Part shown: piece after piece, positions 43,315 through 52,651 of the stretch | Numbering within the stretch: position 1 is the stretch's first letter | Layout: every line of letters begins with the position of its first letter | Assembly: GCA_963666735.1 (NCBI GenBank) | Contig: OY762926.1 | Location: 864,001 to 928,000, forward strand | Source of the DNA: Gemmatimonadota bacterium | Lineage (GTDB): Bacteria > Gemmatimonadota > Gemmatimonadetes > Palauibacterales > Palauibacteraceae | DNA: 64,000 nucleotides | Reading direction: 5' to 3' | Translations under genes and position numbers: made by a program | Notes under the pieces: generated by a model | What the model saw: only the letters and a program-made list of their open reading frames with translations | Databases searched by the model: none | What the model was told of the DNA's origin: nothing

Positions 43315-44600
43315 GCGCCTTCCGGCCCCACGCGTTCGATGCGGGCACCCAGCGACGCGAGGCGTTCGTCGATGCGCTCGTAGCCGCGCTCGATCTGCCC
43401 GATGTTGTGCACGCGACTCATCCCTTCCGCCGCAAGCGCCGCGATAAGGAGCGCCATGCCGGCCCGGATATCGGGACTCTCGAGGGTCGCCCCGCGCAGC
43501 GGCGAAGGTCCCACGACGACGGCCCGGTGCGGATCGCAGAGGACGATGCGGGCGCCCATGGCGATCACCTTGTCGACGAAGAACATCCGCGATTCGAACA
43601 TCTTCTCGTGGATGAGGACGGTGCCGCGGCACTGGCTCGCGGCCACCAGCGCGATGCTGATCAGATCCGCGGGAAAGGCGGGCCAGGGTCCGTCATCGAT
43701 CTTGGGAATCTGTCCGCCGAGGTCGGGCTGGATCTCGAGTTCTCCCCCGCCGCGCACGACGAGCAGGTCGTCGCGCCACGCGAATTCAAGGCCGAGGCGC
43801 CGGAATCCGACGCGCAGGGGGTCGAAGTGGGCCGGATCCACTTCGGCGATCCCCAGCGTCGACCCCGTCGCCGCCGCAAGGCCGATCACGCTGCCGATCT
43901 CAATGTGATCCGACCCGATCCGGAACGTCCCGCCTCCGAGCGTCTCCACGCCTTCGATGACGAGCCGCGAGGTTCCGATGCCGTCGATGCGGGCGCCGAG
44001 CGTGACGAGAAAGCGGCACAGATCCTGCACGTGGGGTTCCGTGGCGGCGTTGCGCAGTTCCGTCGTGCCCGTCGCCGTCGACGCGGCGAGCACGGCGTTC
44101 TCCGTCCCGGTCACCGAGGGCTCATCGAGAAAAATGGAAGCGCCGCGGAGACCGGTAGCGCGCAGGACGTAGCGGTCTCCGACATCGACGGTCGCGCCCA
44201 GCGCGCGCAACGCGAGCATGTGGGTGTCCAGCCGGCGGCGCCCGATGAAGTCACCGCCGGGGTGCGGGAGCTGGCACGACCCCATCCGGGCGAGCAAGGG
44301 ACCGGCGAGCAGCACCGATCCGCGGATGCGGCCGGCCAGATCCGCGTCGGGGATCGCCCGCGGGTTCACGCCGGCGGCGTCGAGTTCGAGCACGCCCGGT
44401 GTCGTCCAGCCACCCTCGACGCCGAGACTGCGGAGGAGGTCAAGCAGCGTCTCCACGTCGGTGATGCGCGGGACGTTCTCGATTCGCACCGGCTCGTGCG
44501 TGAGGAGCGTGGCGGCCAGAATCGGGAGGGCGGCGTTCTTGTTGCCGGCCGGCGCGAACACGCCACTCAGCTCGTTTCCACCCTCGATCCGATAGTACAT
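43311..44600 (-). CDS. murA: UDP-N-acetylglucosamine 1-carboxyvinyltransferase
   Basis: GNKNAALPIL, PGGDFIGRRRLDTH (Asp at the position of the fosfomycin-target Cys), SVTGTEN, DIRAG, IERGYE. Confidence 0.95.
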   Translation of the reverse strand: MYYRIEGGNELSGVFAPAGNKNAALPILAATLLTHEPVRIENVPRITDVETLLDLLRSLGVEGGWTTPGVLELDAAGVNPRAIPDADLAGRIRGSVLLAGPLLARMGSCQLPHPGGDFIGRRRLDTHMLALRALGATVDVGDRYVLRATGLRGASIFLDEPSVTGTENAVLAASTATGTTELRNAATEPHVQDLCRFLVTLGARIDGIGTSRLVIEGVETLGGGTFRIGSDHIEIGSVIGLAAATGSTLGIAEVDPAHFDPLRVGFRRLGLEFAWRDDLLVVRGGGELEIQPDLGGQIPKIDDGPWPAFPADLISIALVAASQCRGTVLIHEKMFESRMFFVDKVIAMGARIVLCDPHRAVVVGPSPLRGATLESPDIRAGMALLIAALAAEGMSRVHNIGQIERGYERIDERLASLGARIERVGPEGA

Positions 44601-44695
44601 TGCGCCTCCTCCCACCCGTTCCCGCATCCGGCCTCGCCGACGCCGCGCGCCAAACTAGCCGGCGGACAAAGGGGGGCAAACGTCGCGGCAGGGAC

Positions 44696-44750
44696 GGTTG
44701 AGCCCCCGTTGAGCACCGGCTGAGCGCAGGTCGAGCGCAGGTTGAGCCCC
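44696..44750 (+). repeat. Five imperfect 11-bp direct repeats (consensus GGTTGAGCNCM)
   Basis: ggttgagcccc/cgttgagcacc/ggctgagcgca/ggtcgagcgca/ggttgagcccc. Confidence 0.85.
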
Positions 44751-44770
44751 ATGGGAACCAGACCTATACT
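44742..44770 (+). promoter_or_regulatory. Putative sigma70 promoter for the DUF948-like gene
   Basis: TTGAGC-N17-TATACT; the -35 lies inside the last 11-bp repeat. Confidence 0.65.
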
Positions 44771-44812
44771 CTCCTCCCGTAATCCTTCCGATCGTCCTCC
44801 GAGGGAGCCGCA

Positions 44813-45280
44813 GTGACCACATACGAGATCGCGGTCGTCGCCGGGATGGCGGTTTGGCTCGTCGTCGCGCTGGCGATTCTCATCGTCCTTCTGCGCGCGA
44901 TCCGCCTGTTGCGCGACACCCGGCAGCCGCTGGGACAGATCTCGGGCACGGTCACCGATTTGAGCGACCGCCTCAAGCCGGTGCTGCACAACGTCGAACA
45001 GGCGAGCGACCAGGCTCGACGCATCGCGGCCCGGCTCCGGGACGACGCGGACGGCGTGGGACAGGCGCTGAAGAGCGCGAGCGACTCCACCGGCCGCATG
45101 GTGGATCTGGTCGAGGAGCGGGTGGTGGAGGTCGCGGCGCTGCTCGCGGTCGTCCAGGAGGAGGCCGAGGAGACGTTCGTCACGACGGCCTCACTGCTGC
45201 GCGGACTCCGGCGCGGCAGGGACAATGTCTCGACCGCAAAGCGGGTGGCTCGGGCGCTGGGGGACCGCGGGGGAGAGTGA
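44813..45280 (+). CDS. DUF948/YoxC-like membrane-anchored coiled-coil protein
   Basis: GAGGGAG Shine-Dalgarno, N-terminal TM helix, then heptad helical region. Confidence 0.65.
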   Translation: MTTYEIAVVAGMAVWLVVALAILIVLLRAIRLLRDTRQPLGQISGTVTDLSDRLKPVLHNVEQASDQARRIAARLRDDADGVGQALKSASDSTGRMVDLVEERVVEVAALLAVVQEEAEETFVTTASLLRGLRRGRDNVSTAKRVARALGDRGGE

Positions 45281-45297
45281 TCGCCGCGGGCTGCTAG

Positions 45298-46942
45298 GAG
45301 CCTGCGCCGTAGAAACCGATGGTGCGGCGCGTTTCGGGTGGTTATGGTGATGGCGTGCTGTGACGGGTTCAAGTTCGGCGCGGGGAGTTGGCGATGAGTG
45401 CGAGGTCTCTACCGTACGATCCGGAGAGGATGCGGACGAGGTTCCGCCCGTACGATCCGGACCAGCGGTTGCTGCTGCCGCAGGATCTTCGCGAGTGGGT
45501 GCCGGCGGGGCATCTGGCGCACCACGTGAGCGATCTGGTGGACGCGCTGGACCTGTCGGCGTTCTACGCGCGGTACGAGGGGGACGGACGCCGTCGGAGC
45601 CCGTACGATCCGCGGATGATGGTGAAGGTTCTGCTGTACGGTTACGCGACGGGGGTGTTCTCGTCTCGGAAGCTGGCGCGGAAGCTGGAGGAGGACGTGC
45701 CGCTCAGGATGCTGGCGGCGGGGAACTTTCCGGCGCACCGGACGCTGTGCGAGTTCCGGAAGAAGAACCTGAGGGCGTTCGGTGCGTTGTTCGCCGAGGC
45801 GGTGCTTCTGGCGCGGGAGCTGGGTCTGGCGGGGCTGGGCCGGGTGGCGGTGGACGGGACGAAGGTTCGGGCGAACGCGAGCAAGCGGAAGGCGATGAGC
45901 TACGGGCGGATGGGTCCGGAGGAGGCGCGCCTGGAGGCGGAGATCGCGGAGTTGCTGGCGCGTGCGGAGGCGGCCGACGCGGAGGAGGACGAGCGGCACG
46001 GGGAGGACGTTCGGGGCGACGAGCTGCCGGAGGAGCTGAAGCGGCGGGAGGACCGGCTGGCGGCGATCCGGGCGGCGCGGGCTCGTCTGGAGGCGGAGGC
46101 GCGGGAGCGCGACGACGCGCGGGGCCGGGAGCCGGAGTGGGACCGCAACCCGAAGGGGGGGTCGCCGTACAAGCTGGCCTACGGGGAGCCGGAGGCGGAC
46201 TCGCAGACGAACTTCACGGATCCGGAGAGCCGGATCATGCGGACGAGCACGGAGGGCTACCAGCAGTGCTACAACGCGCAGGCGGTGGTCGACGGCGAGA
46301 GCCAGCTGGTGCTGGGGGCGGAGGTGACCGACAACGCGAGCGACCAGGGGCAGCTGGTGGAGCGGGTGGACGAGGTGTCCGGGCGGTTGGGGGAGACGCC
46401 GGGCGAGGTGCTGGCCGACGCGGGCTACTCGAACGAGGAGGATCTGGCGGCTCTGGATGCGCGGGGGATCGACGGCTACGTGGCGCTGGGCCGGGAGGGC
46501 AAGGGGGCCGGCAAGCCCGACCCGAAGAAGCTCCCGGCGACGGCGCGCATGGCGAAGAAGCTGGAGACTCCCCAAGGCCGGGCGGTGTATGCCAAGCGCA
46601 AGTGGATCGCCGAAGCGCCCATCGGGTGGGTCAAGGAGGCGATGGGGTTCAGGAGGTTCAGCCTCAGGGGCTTGGAGAACGTGCGCGGCGAGTGGGATCT
46701 GGTGTGTCTGGCGCTCAACGCGCGGCGCCTCCACGTCCTTCGGGCCGCGTGAGGGGCGAAATCTTCGCGCCGGAGGGCCTCCGGGGCCCGAAACGCGGCC
46801 GGATCCACCCGGAAACGGCGCCGGCGCGGCGGCTTCGCCCGCGCGACGGCGGCTCCCGCCGACAACCGGCGCCCCTCAGCCTCCGGGCGGCCGCGCTTCC
46901 CGGGATCCGCCGCCCTTCGCGACCGTTCTACCGCGCAAGCTC
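45298..46942 (+). mobile_element. IS1182-family insertion sequence, copy 1 (1645 bp)
   Basis: Terminal inverted repeats GAGCCTGCGCCGTAGAA / GAGCTTGCGCGGTAGAA (15/17 match), flanked by CTAG at 45294-45297 and 46943-46946. Confidence 0.92.
45394..46752 (+). CDS. IS1182-family DDE transposase
   Basis: DQRLLLP..LREWVP..HLA, YDPRMMVKVLLYGY..G.FSSRKL (DUF772-type), VDGTK..ANASK, NFTDPES, YNAQ, ADAGY, RKWIAE. Start could be 45388, 45394 or 45430. Confidence 0.93.
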   Translation: MSARSLPYDPERMRTRFRPYDPDQRLLLPQDLREWVPAGHLAHHVSDLVDALDLSAFYARYEGDGRRRSPYDPRMMVKVLLYGYATGVFSSRKLARKLEEDVPLRMLAAGNFPAHRTLCEFRKKNLRAFGALFAEAVLLARELGLAGLGRVAVDGTKVRANASKRKAMSYGRMGPEEARLEAEIAELLARAEAADAEEDERHGEDVRGDELPEELKRREDRLAAIRAARARLEAEARERDDARGREPEWDRNPKGGSPYKLAYGEPEADSQTNFTDPESRIMRTSTEGYQQCYNAQAVVDGESQLVLGAEVTDNASDQGQLVERVDEVSGRLGETPGEVLADAGYSNEEDLAALDARGIDGYVALGREGKGAGKPDPKKLPATARMAKKLETPQGRAVYAKRKWIAEAPIGWVKEAMGFRRFSLRGLENVRGEWDLVCLALNARRLHVLRAA

Positions 46943-49306
46943 CTAGGCCGGGCGCAATCCGGCGTACGCCACGACGACTTTCTTCCGGCCGACCGTCTCG
47001 AACGCGATGTCGGCCTTGGCCTCCCTCCCGAATCCGTGCACCTGCAGCACCTCGCCTGCTCCGAAGCGTGGATGTACTACTCTTACCCCCGGGGCCAGCG
47101 CGAGCGGCACCTGCGAGTCGTCGTAGTCATACTCGAGTTCGCCCGGAGGCGCCGACCGTCCAGCCGCGCCGGCGCCGCCGGCGCCGCCGGCGGCGCTCGA
47201 TCCACGGTGCGCCCCCCTCTGCCAGGTGAAGGAGCGGTCGGGCTCCACCGCGCCCGCCCGGCGGACCGCATCCCCGGTCCCGGACCCTCCCTTCCCTCCC
47301 GCCGGCCGGTGCCCGCCGGGCCGACGGACGTCCCGGGCATGCCGCCGACGCCAACGCGGGGCCGCAAGCCGCGGGAGCACGTGTTCCTCCGGAAGTTCAT
47401 CGATGAAGCTCGACGGGGCGGAGTGGCTCGCCATCCCCGCCCGCCAGCGGTGGTCCGCGTACGTCAGACTCAGCCGGTCCATCGCACGCGTCACCCCCAC
47501 GTAGAACAGGCGCCGTTCTTCCTCCAGTCCGCCCGGTGCCTCCATCGCCCTCGAGAGGGGAAAGAGGCCTTCCTCCAGCCCGCCCAGGAAGACCACCGGG
47601 AACTCGAGCCCCTTCGCGTTGTGCAGCGTGATCATCGTCACCGCCTCACCATCGAAGTCCGCCTCATCGAGGTCGGAACGCAGCGAAACGGACTGCAGGA
47701 ACAACTCGAGGTCCGTGGCCTCATCGTCGGGGTCCTCCACATCGTCGCGCTCGAACACCTCCGCTGCCGCGAACAGTTCGCTCACGTTCTCGAGACGGTC
47801 CGCGCCGTCCTCCTCCTCCGCCAGCGCCGCGGCCAGGCCGAAGGTCGCCACGCAGGCCTCGAGCGCTTCCCGGGCGCTGCACGCCGGGAGCGAAGCCCGC
47901 ACGTCGGCGAGTCCGTCCGCGAACCGCCTCAGGCCGCGCGCCGCCGCCCTCGGGAGGCCGTCCTCGTGCCGCGCCCGCGCCGCGACCAGGGCGAGGGGCT
48001 CGATGGCTTCGCCCGCGTCGTCGCCCGCGCGAGCGAGTTCCCCCAACCGCTCCAGGCTCTTCGCTCCGACCCCGCGCCTCGGCCACCCCACGGCACGCAG
48101 GAAGGCGACGTCGTCCGCCGGATTCACGAGGAGCCGCAGGTAGGCAACGACGTCCTTCACCTCGCGACGCTCGTAGAACGGCACGCCGCCCACGATCCGG
48201 TACGGGATGCCGGAACGCCGGAACGCCTCCTCGAAGGCCCGCGACTGGGCGTTCGTCCGGTACAGCACGGCAAACTCGTTCAGCCCCCGCATGCCGCGGC
48301 CGGCCTCGATCCGTGACGACACCCACGCCGCCTCCGCCCGCTCGTCATCGCAGCGGACGACCTCGATCGGATCGCCGGCCTCCCGCTCGGTGTGCAGCCG
48401 CTTCGGCTTCCTCGCGAGGTTCCGGCAGATCACGGCGTTCGCGACCTCGAGGATGGACCCCGTCGAGCGATAGTTGCGCTCCAGCCGCACGACGTGCGCG
48501 CCCCGGAAGTCGGCCTCGAAGTCGAGGATGTTCCGGATGTCCGCCCCGCGCCATCCGTACACGGCCTGATCGTCATCCCCCACCACACACAGGTTCCCGT
48601 GCTTCGAAGCCAGCGCCTTCACCATCCGGTACTGGGCGTGGTTCGTGTCCTGGTACTCGTCCACGAGCACGTGGGCGAAGCGCCCGGCGTGGCGATCCCT
48701 CACGCCATCCACCGTCTCCAGCAGGCGCACCGTCTCGAAGAGGAGGTCGTCGAAGTCGTAGGCGTTGCGCCGCGTGAGTTCGCGCTGGTACGCGGGATAG
48801 ACCTTCGCCACGACCTCCGCGAGCAGGTCGAAGGCCTCGGACTCGTACTCGGCGGGACCCATGAGGGCGTTCTTCGCACTGGAGATCCGGCCGCGCAGGG
48901 CTCGGGGCGCCCAGCGCCCGGGGTCGTAGCCCGCCGACTCCATCACATCCTTGAGCGTGCGGATGGAGTCATCCTCGTCATAAATCGTGAAGGCACGCGT
49001 GCGGGAGGTGTGCGGGGCCTCCATGCGAAGGATGCGCGCGGCGATCGAGTGGAACGTGCCGATCCACAGTCGCCGCGTGGAACGGCCGATGAGCCCCTCG
49101 ATCCGTTCCCGCATCTCGCCGGCGGCCTTGTTCGTGAAGGTGACGGCGAGGAGGCGCGTCGGCTCCAGCCCCTGCTCGATGAGGCGGGCGGCCCGCGCCG
49201 TGAGCACCCGTGTCTTGCCGGAGCCCGCGCCCGCAAGGATCAGCAGCGGCCCTTCGCCGTGTTCGACCGCGTCCCGCTGCTCCGGGTTGAGGCGGAGTCC
49301 CCTCAC
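46943..49306 (-). CDS. pcrA: ATP-dependent DNA helicase PcrA/UvrD
   Basis: LNPEQ, AGAGSGKT, TFTNKAA, VDEYQDTN, NYRST, LHNAKGLEF, EERRLFYVG, C-terminal Tudor-like VVHPRFG.G. Confidence 0.95.
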   Translation of the reverse strand: MRGLRLNPEQRDAVEHGEGPLLILAGAGSGKTRVLTARAARLIEQGLEPTRLLAVTFTNKAAGEMRERIEGLIGRSTRRLWIGTFHSIAARILRMEAPHTSRTRAFTIYDEDDSIRTLKDVMESAGYDPGRWAPRALRGRISSAKNALMGPAEYESEAFDLLAEVVAKVYPAYQRELTRRNAYDFDDLLFETVRLLETVDGVRDRHAGRFAHVLVDEYQDTNHAQYRMVKALASKHGNLCVVGDDDQAVYGWRGADIRNILDFEADFRGAHVVRLERNYRSTGSILEVANAVICRNLARKPKRLHTEREAGDPIEVVRCDDERAEAAWVSSRIEAGRGMRGLNEFAVLYRTNAQSRAFEEAFRRSGIPYRIVGGVPFYERREVKDVVAYLRLLVNPADDVAFLRAVGWPRRGVGAKSLERLGELARAGDDAGEAIEPLALVAARARHEDGLPRAAARGLRRFADGLADVRASLPACSAREALEACVATFGLAAALAEEEDGADRLENVSELFAAAEVFERDDVEDPDDEATDLELFLQSVSLRSDLDEADFDGEAVTMITLHNAKGLEFPVVFLGGLEEGLFPLSRAMEAPGGLEEERRLFYVGVTRAMDRLSLTYADHRWRAGMASHSAPSSFIDELPEEHVLPRLAAPRWRRRHARDVRRPGGHRPAGGKGGSGTGDAVRRAGAVEPDRSFTWQRGAHRGSSAAGGAGGAGAAGRSAPPGELEYDYDDSQVPLALAPGVRVVHPRFGAGEVLQVHGFGREAKADIAFETVGRKKVVVAYAGLRPA

Positions 49307-50532
49307 GTCCCCCGTGTCCCGGGACGGTGGCGCGGGAGTTCGATCCGGAAGCTCGCGCCCCGCCCCGTATCCTCGAGGCGGATGGAGCCATCGTGCATGT
49401 CTTCGATGATGCGCCGCACGAGGGACAGGCCGACGCCCCAGCCATGCTTCTTCGTCGTGACGCCGATGTTGAAGACCTTGTCGCGGAGCGCGGGAGGAAT
49501 CCCCGGTCCGGTGTCGAGCACCCGGAACACGGAACGCTTGCCGTTCGGGCCGAGGTAGGAGATCACGATTCGTCCGCCGTCCGGGGCCAGCGCGTCGATC
49601 GCGTTCTTGATCAGGTTCTCGAAGGCCCACTCCAGGAGCGTCGCATTGCCCAGCACCTCCGGTGACTCGGTATCCATCTCCACCGCGATCGCGATCTTGC
49701 CGGTGCGGGAGAGCGTGGGGAGGCGGGCCTCGAAGTACTGCCGGAGCTGCAGGGCCGTGGCGCGCACGGACATGGGCTCGAGCGTCGGCTTGTGCCCGAT
49801 GAGTTCGAAGCGGCGGGAGACTTTCTGCAGGCGCGTCACATCCGCCGCCATCTCGTCGATGAGGTCCGGCTGCCCCACCTCCGACCCCCGGGGGCGCGGC
49901 CGGGTCTCGAGCACCTCCAGCCAGCCTACGAGCGAACTGAGCGGAGTACCCATCTGATGCGCCGATTCCCTGGCCATGGCGGACCAGATGCGCTCCCGCT
50001 CGCTCCGGAAGGAGAGGAAGAGGAGCCAGCCGCCGCTGCCGAGGATGACGAGGAGCGAGGCCGCCTGCAGCCACGGGAACAGGCGGAGACGACTCGTGAA
50101 CTCGGGATCGCCGAAGTGGACCTGCAGGCCGGGCGCCTCGAAGGGCGGCCTCAGCGCGTCGAGTTCGGCCACGAATTCGCGCAGCGCCTGGTCGTCCGGG
50201 TCGCCGGCCGGACCGAGCGGGAAGTCGTCCGGCAGGTGCGCGGAGCTGCTCGGGTTGCCCAACGTGTCGGTGATCACGATGGGAATGCGAAGCCGCCGGA
50301 CCTGGGCGCCCACCTGCTGTGAGGCCTGATTCCAGAGTTCGTTCTGTTCCTCGACCGTGAGGTTACCCGCCGCGGCCGCCGTGCTGACCGCCATCAGCTG
50401 CCCGAGGACCGCGGCGTCGAGCCGGCGTTCCTCCGCCTGCTGACGCGAAAAGATGGCGGACGAGACGAGGACGCCCGTGGACAGAACCGCGAGCAGAAGC
50501 GCGCCGCCGCGCCGGTTCCAGAGCCGGATCAC
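49303..50532 (-). CDS. Membrane sensor histidine kinase
   Basis: Two TM helices, H-box MARESAHQMGTPLSSL, ENLIKNAIDA, DTGPGI, GWGVGLS. Confidence 0.92.
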   Translation of the reverse strand: MIRLWNRRGGALLLAVLSTGVLVSSAIFSRQQAEERRLDAAVLGQLMAVSTAAAAGNLTVEEQNELWNQASQQVGAQVRRLRIPIVITDTLGNPSSSAHLPDDFPLGPAGDPDDQALREFVAELDALRPPFEAPGLQVHFGDPEFTSRLRLFPWLQAASLLVILGSGGWLLFLSFRSERERIWSAMARESAHQMGTPLSSLVGWLEVLETRPRPRGSEVGQPDLIDEMAADVTRLQKVSRRFELIGHKPTLEPMSVRATALQLRQYFEARLPTLSRTGKIAIAVEMDTESPEVLGNATLLEWAFENLIKNAIDALAPDGGRIVISYLGPNGKRSVFRVLDTGPGIPPALRDKVFNIGVTTKKHGWGVGLSLVRRIIEDMHDGSIRLEDTGRGASFRIELPRHRPGTRGT

Positions 50533-51851
50533 CGGCAGAGCTCGAGCCGCTCGAACCCGAGATAGGGGTGAAGCACCTCCGGCAGCAGGATCCCCTCACC
50601 CTCGCGGAAGCCCGTCTCGAGCAACACCACGATGAGCCGGGCGAGGGCCAGCGCCGAACCGTTCAGCGTATGCACATGGGCGGGGCGGCCGCCGCGCTCG
50701 GGCCGGAAGCGGATGTCGGCGCGCCGCGCCTGAAAGTCCCCGTACGATGAACAGCTGGACACCTCGAGCCATGCCTCGACGCCGGGAGCCCAGATCTCCA
50801 GGTCGTACGTGATCGCGTTCGCGAATCCGAGATCTCCCAGCGGAAGCAGGATCCGGCGGTACGGGACTTCCAGAAGCTCGAGCACGCGCTCCGCGTGGCG
50901 GGTCAGAAGCTCCAGCTGCGCCTCCGACTCCCCGGGCCGGCAGATGCGGACGATCTCCACCTTGTCGAACTGATGAACCCGCAGGAGCCCGCGCGTATCG
51001 CGGCCCGCCGCACCGGCCTCACGCCGGAAGCAGGGCGTGTGCGCGACGTACGCGAGCGGCAGGTCGTCGCCGGAGAGGATCTCATCCCGGTGCAGATTCG
51101 TGAGCGGCACCTCGGCCGTCGGCACCAGGAAGAGGTCGTCGGGGTCCGTCCGGTAAGCGTCGTCCTCGAACTTGGGGATGTGCCCGGTCCCCATCATCGA
51201 TTCCCGTGAGACGACGAGGGGAGGCAGCACCTCCAGGTATCCGTGCTCGCGGACGTGGAGGTCCAGCATGAACTGAACGAGCGCACGGCTGAGACGGGCG
51301 CCGCCCCCGACGAGAAGCGGAAAGCCGGAGCCCGCGATCTTCGCCCCGCGCTCGATATCCAGCGACGGCGTCCGTCCTCCGGGCATCGCGGAGCCGCCGG
51401 GATCCGTATAGCCGTGCGTGGCCCCGAGGACCCAGTGCGGCGGCACCTCCCCCTCCCGCGGGGCGCCCCATTCCGCGACCGCCGGCCCTTCCCCTTCCTC
51501 GCCGGGCGGGACGCGGGGATCCGGAATGTTCGGGATCCGCAGGAGGTGATCGCGCAGTTCCGCCTCGGTGCGCGCGAGGTCCGCGTCGAGGGCCTTGATC
51601 CGGGCCGCGACGCGGCGCATGGCCTCGATCTCCGACGATGCGTCCTCTCCCCTGCCCTTCGCGGCGCCGATCGCCTTCGACGCCGTGTTCCGCTCGGCCT
51701 TGAGGACTTCCACTTCCCGGATCAGGCCTCGGCGGATCTCATCCGCCCGCAGCGTCTCCTCCACGAGTCCCTCCGCGTGCTCGTCGCCGCGTTTCCGCAT
51801 GGCATCGCGGACGAGTTCGGGGTCGTCGCGGAGGGTTCTGAGGTCAAGCAT
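50529..51851 (-). CDS. serS: Serine--tRNA ligase
   Basis: MLDLR, LVPTAEVP, FRREAGAAGRDTRGL.RVHQFDKVE, HTLNGSALA. Confidence 0.97.
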   Translation of the reverse strand: MLDLRTLRDDPELVRDAMRKRGDEHAEGLVEETLRADEIRRGLIREVEVLKAERNTASKAIGAAKGRGEDASSEIEAMRRVAARIKALDADLARTEAELRDHLLRIPNIPDPRVPPGEEGEGPAVAEWGAPREGEVPPHWVLGATHGYTDPGGSAMPGGRTPSLDIERGAKIAGSGFPLLVGGGARLSRALVQFMLDLHVREHGYLEVLPPLVVSRESMMGTGHIPKFEDDAYRTDPDDLFLVPTAEVPLTNLHRDEILSGDDLPLAYVAHTPCFRREAGAAGRDTRGLLRVHQFDKVEIVRICRPGESEAQLELLTRHAERVLELLEVPYRRILLPLGDLGFANAITYDLEIWAPGVEAWLEVSSCSSYGDFQARRADIRFRPERGGRPAHVHTLNGSALALARLIVVLLETGFREGEGILLPEVLHPYLGFERLELCR

Positions 51852-51884
51852 GTCGATGGAGGGCGGGATCGGCGGGACAGGGCG

Positions 51885-52457
51885 TCACAGCGAACCGTGC
51901 GTCCCCGGTTCGAGGACGACGTCTCCGCAGTTCGGGTTCACCAGGTGGCGGAAGGTGATCGTTCCCGCGTCGGGATCGATGGCGAGAACCTGCAACTTGG
52001 CATAGCGGCTGCAGGCGAGAAAATTGCTCGGGTCGACGCGACTGCGGGCGATGAGCACGTCGCCGGGCTGGACCGCGAGGGGTGCGTTCAGGGTGTACCC
52101 GTCCTCCGGTGCCTCGAGCACGGCGTCGAAGCGTTCGCCGGTTACCTGCAGGCCCGAGTCCGTTACGCTGTCCGCGACCGCCGAGAAGGGGACGAGTTCC
52201 GCCGCCCCCTCCCGGATCTGAAAGAGAAAATCCCAGTTCAGCGTCTGGTCTATGCGAGCCGGAACCGCGAGTACGATGTCGAAAGCCGGAGGGTCTTCAA
52301 GGCGACCCGTCACGTAGTCATACAGCGTGACCTCCGTCGGCGTGAGCGGAACATCGCCGAGGAAGGCATCGAACGGATCGTCGCAGGCGGTCGCCGCGAG
52401 CGCGAGGATCAGCGCTCCGAGCCGTGCGGGCAGACGGATTCGGTGTCGGGGGAGCAT
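51885..52457 (-). CDS. Hypothetical lipoprotein (possibly HmuY-like beta fold)
   Basis: Lipobox LAATAC; motifs NWDFLF and RYAKLQVLAID...TITFR. Confidence 0.6.
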   Translation of the reverse strand: MLPRHRIRLPARLGALILALAATACDDPFDAFLGDVPLTPTEVTLYDYVTGRLEDPPAFDIVLAVPARIDQTLNWDFLFQIREGAAELVPFSAVADSVTDSGLQVTGERFDAVLEAPEDGYTLNAPLAVQPGDVLIARSRVDPSNFLACSRYAKLQVLAIDPDAGTITFRHLVNPNCGDVVLEPGTHGSL

Positions 52458-52651
52458 GGCGCGAATACTGTCGCCCGGGGAGGACTCGGGCAAGAAAAAA
52501 CGCCCGGAGGAAGCGGGATCGACGGGGCGGTCCGGCAACGTGGCGCGCCGTTCGCGGCGTCCGTAGCTTGGCCGCGTCGCGGCCGGCCCGCGGCGGGAAA
52601 GAGCCCGCGCGCGCGAAGGGCGGTCCGGAGGACGGGAGGGAGGCTCTGTCG

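Noticed and set aside
45360..46946. 528-aa Gly/Ala-rich alternative-frame ORF spanning the IS and ending at the flanking TAG (also 61388-62974)
   Set aside because: Its composition is that of a frame-shifted GC-rich gene and it has no recognisable domain. Identity between copies only reflects recent duplication.
28465..50074. Long N-terminal extensions in the ORF track for ald (to 31002), pcrA (to 50074), truB and similar genes
   Set aside because: The extensions overlap upstream genes and lack homology; starts were reassigned to where family motifs begin.
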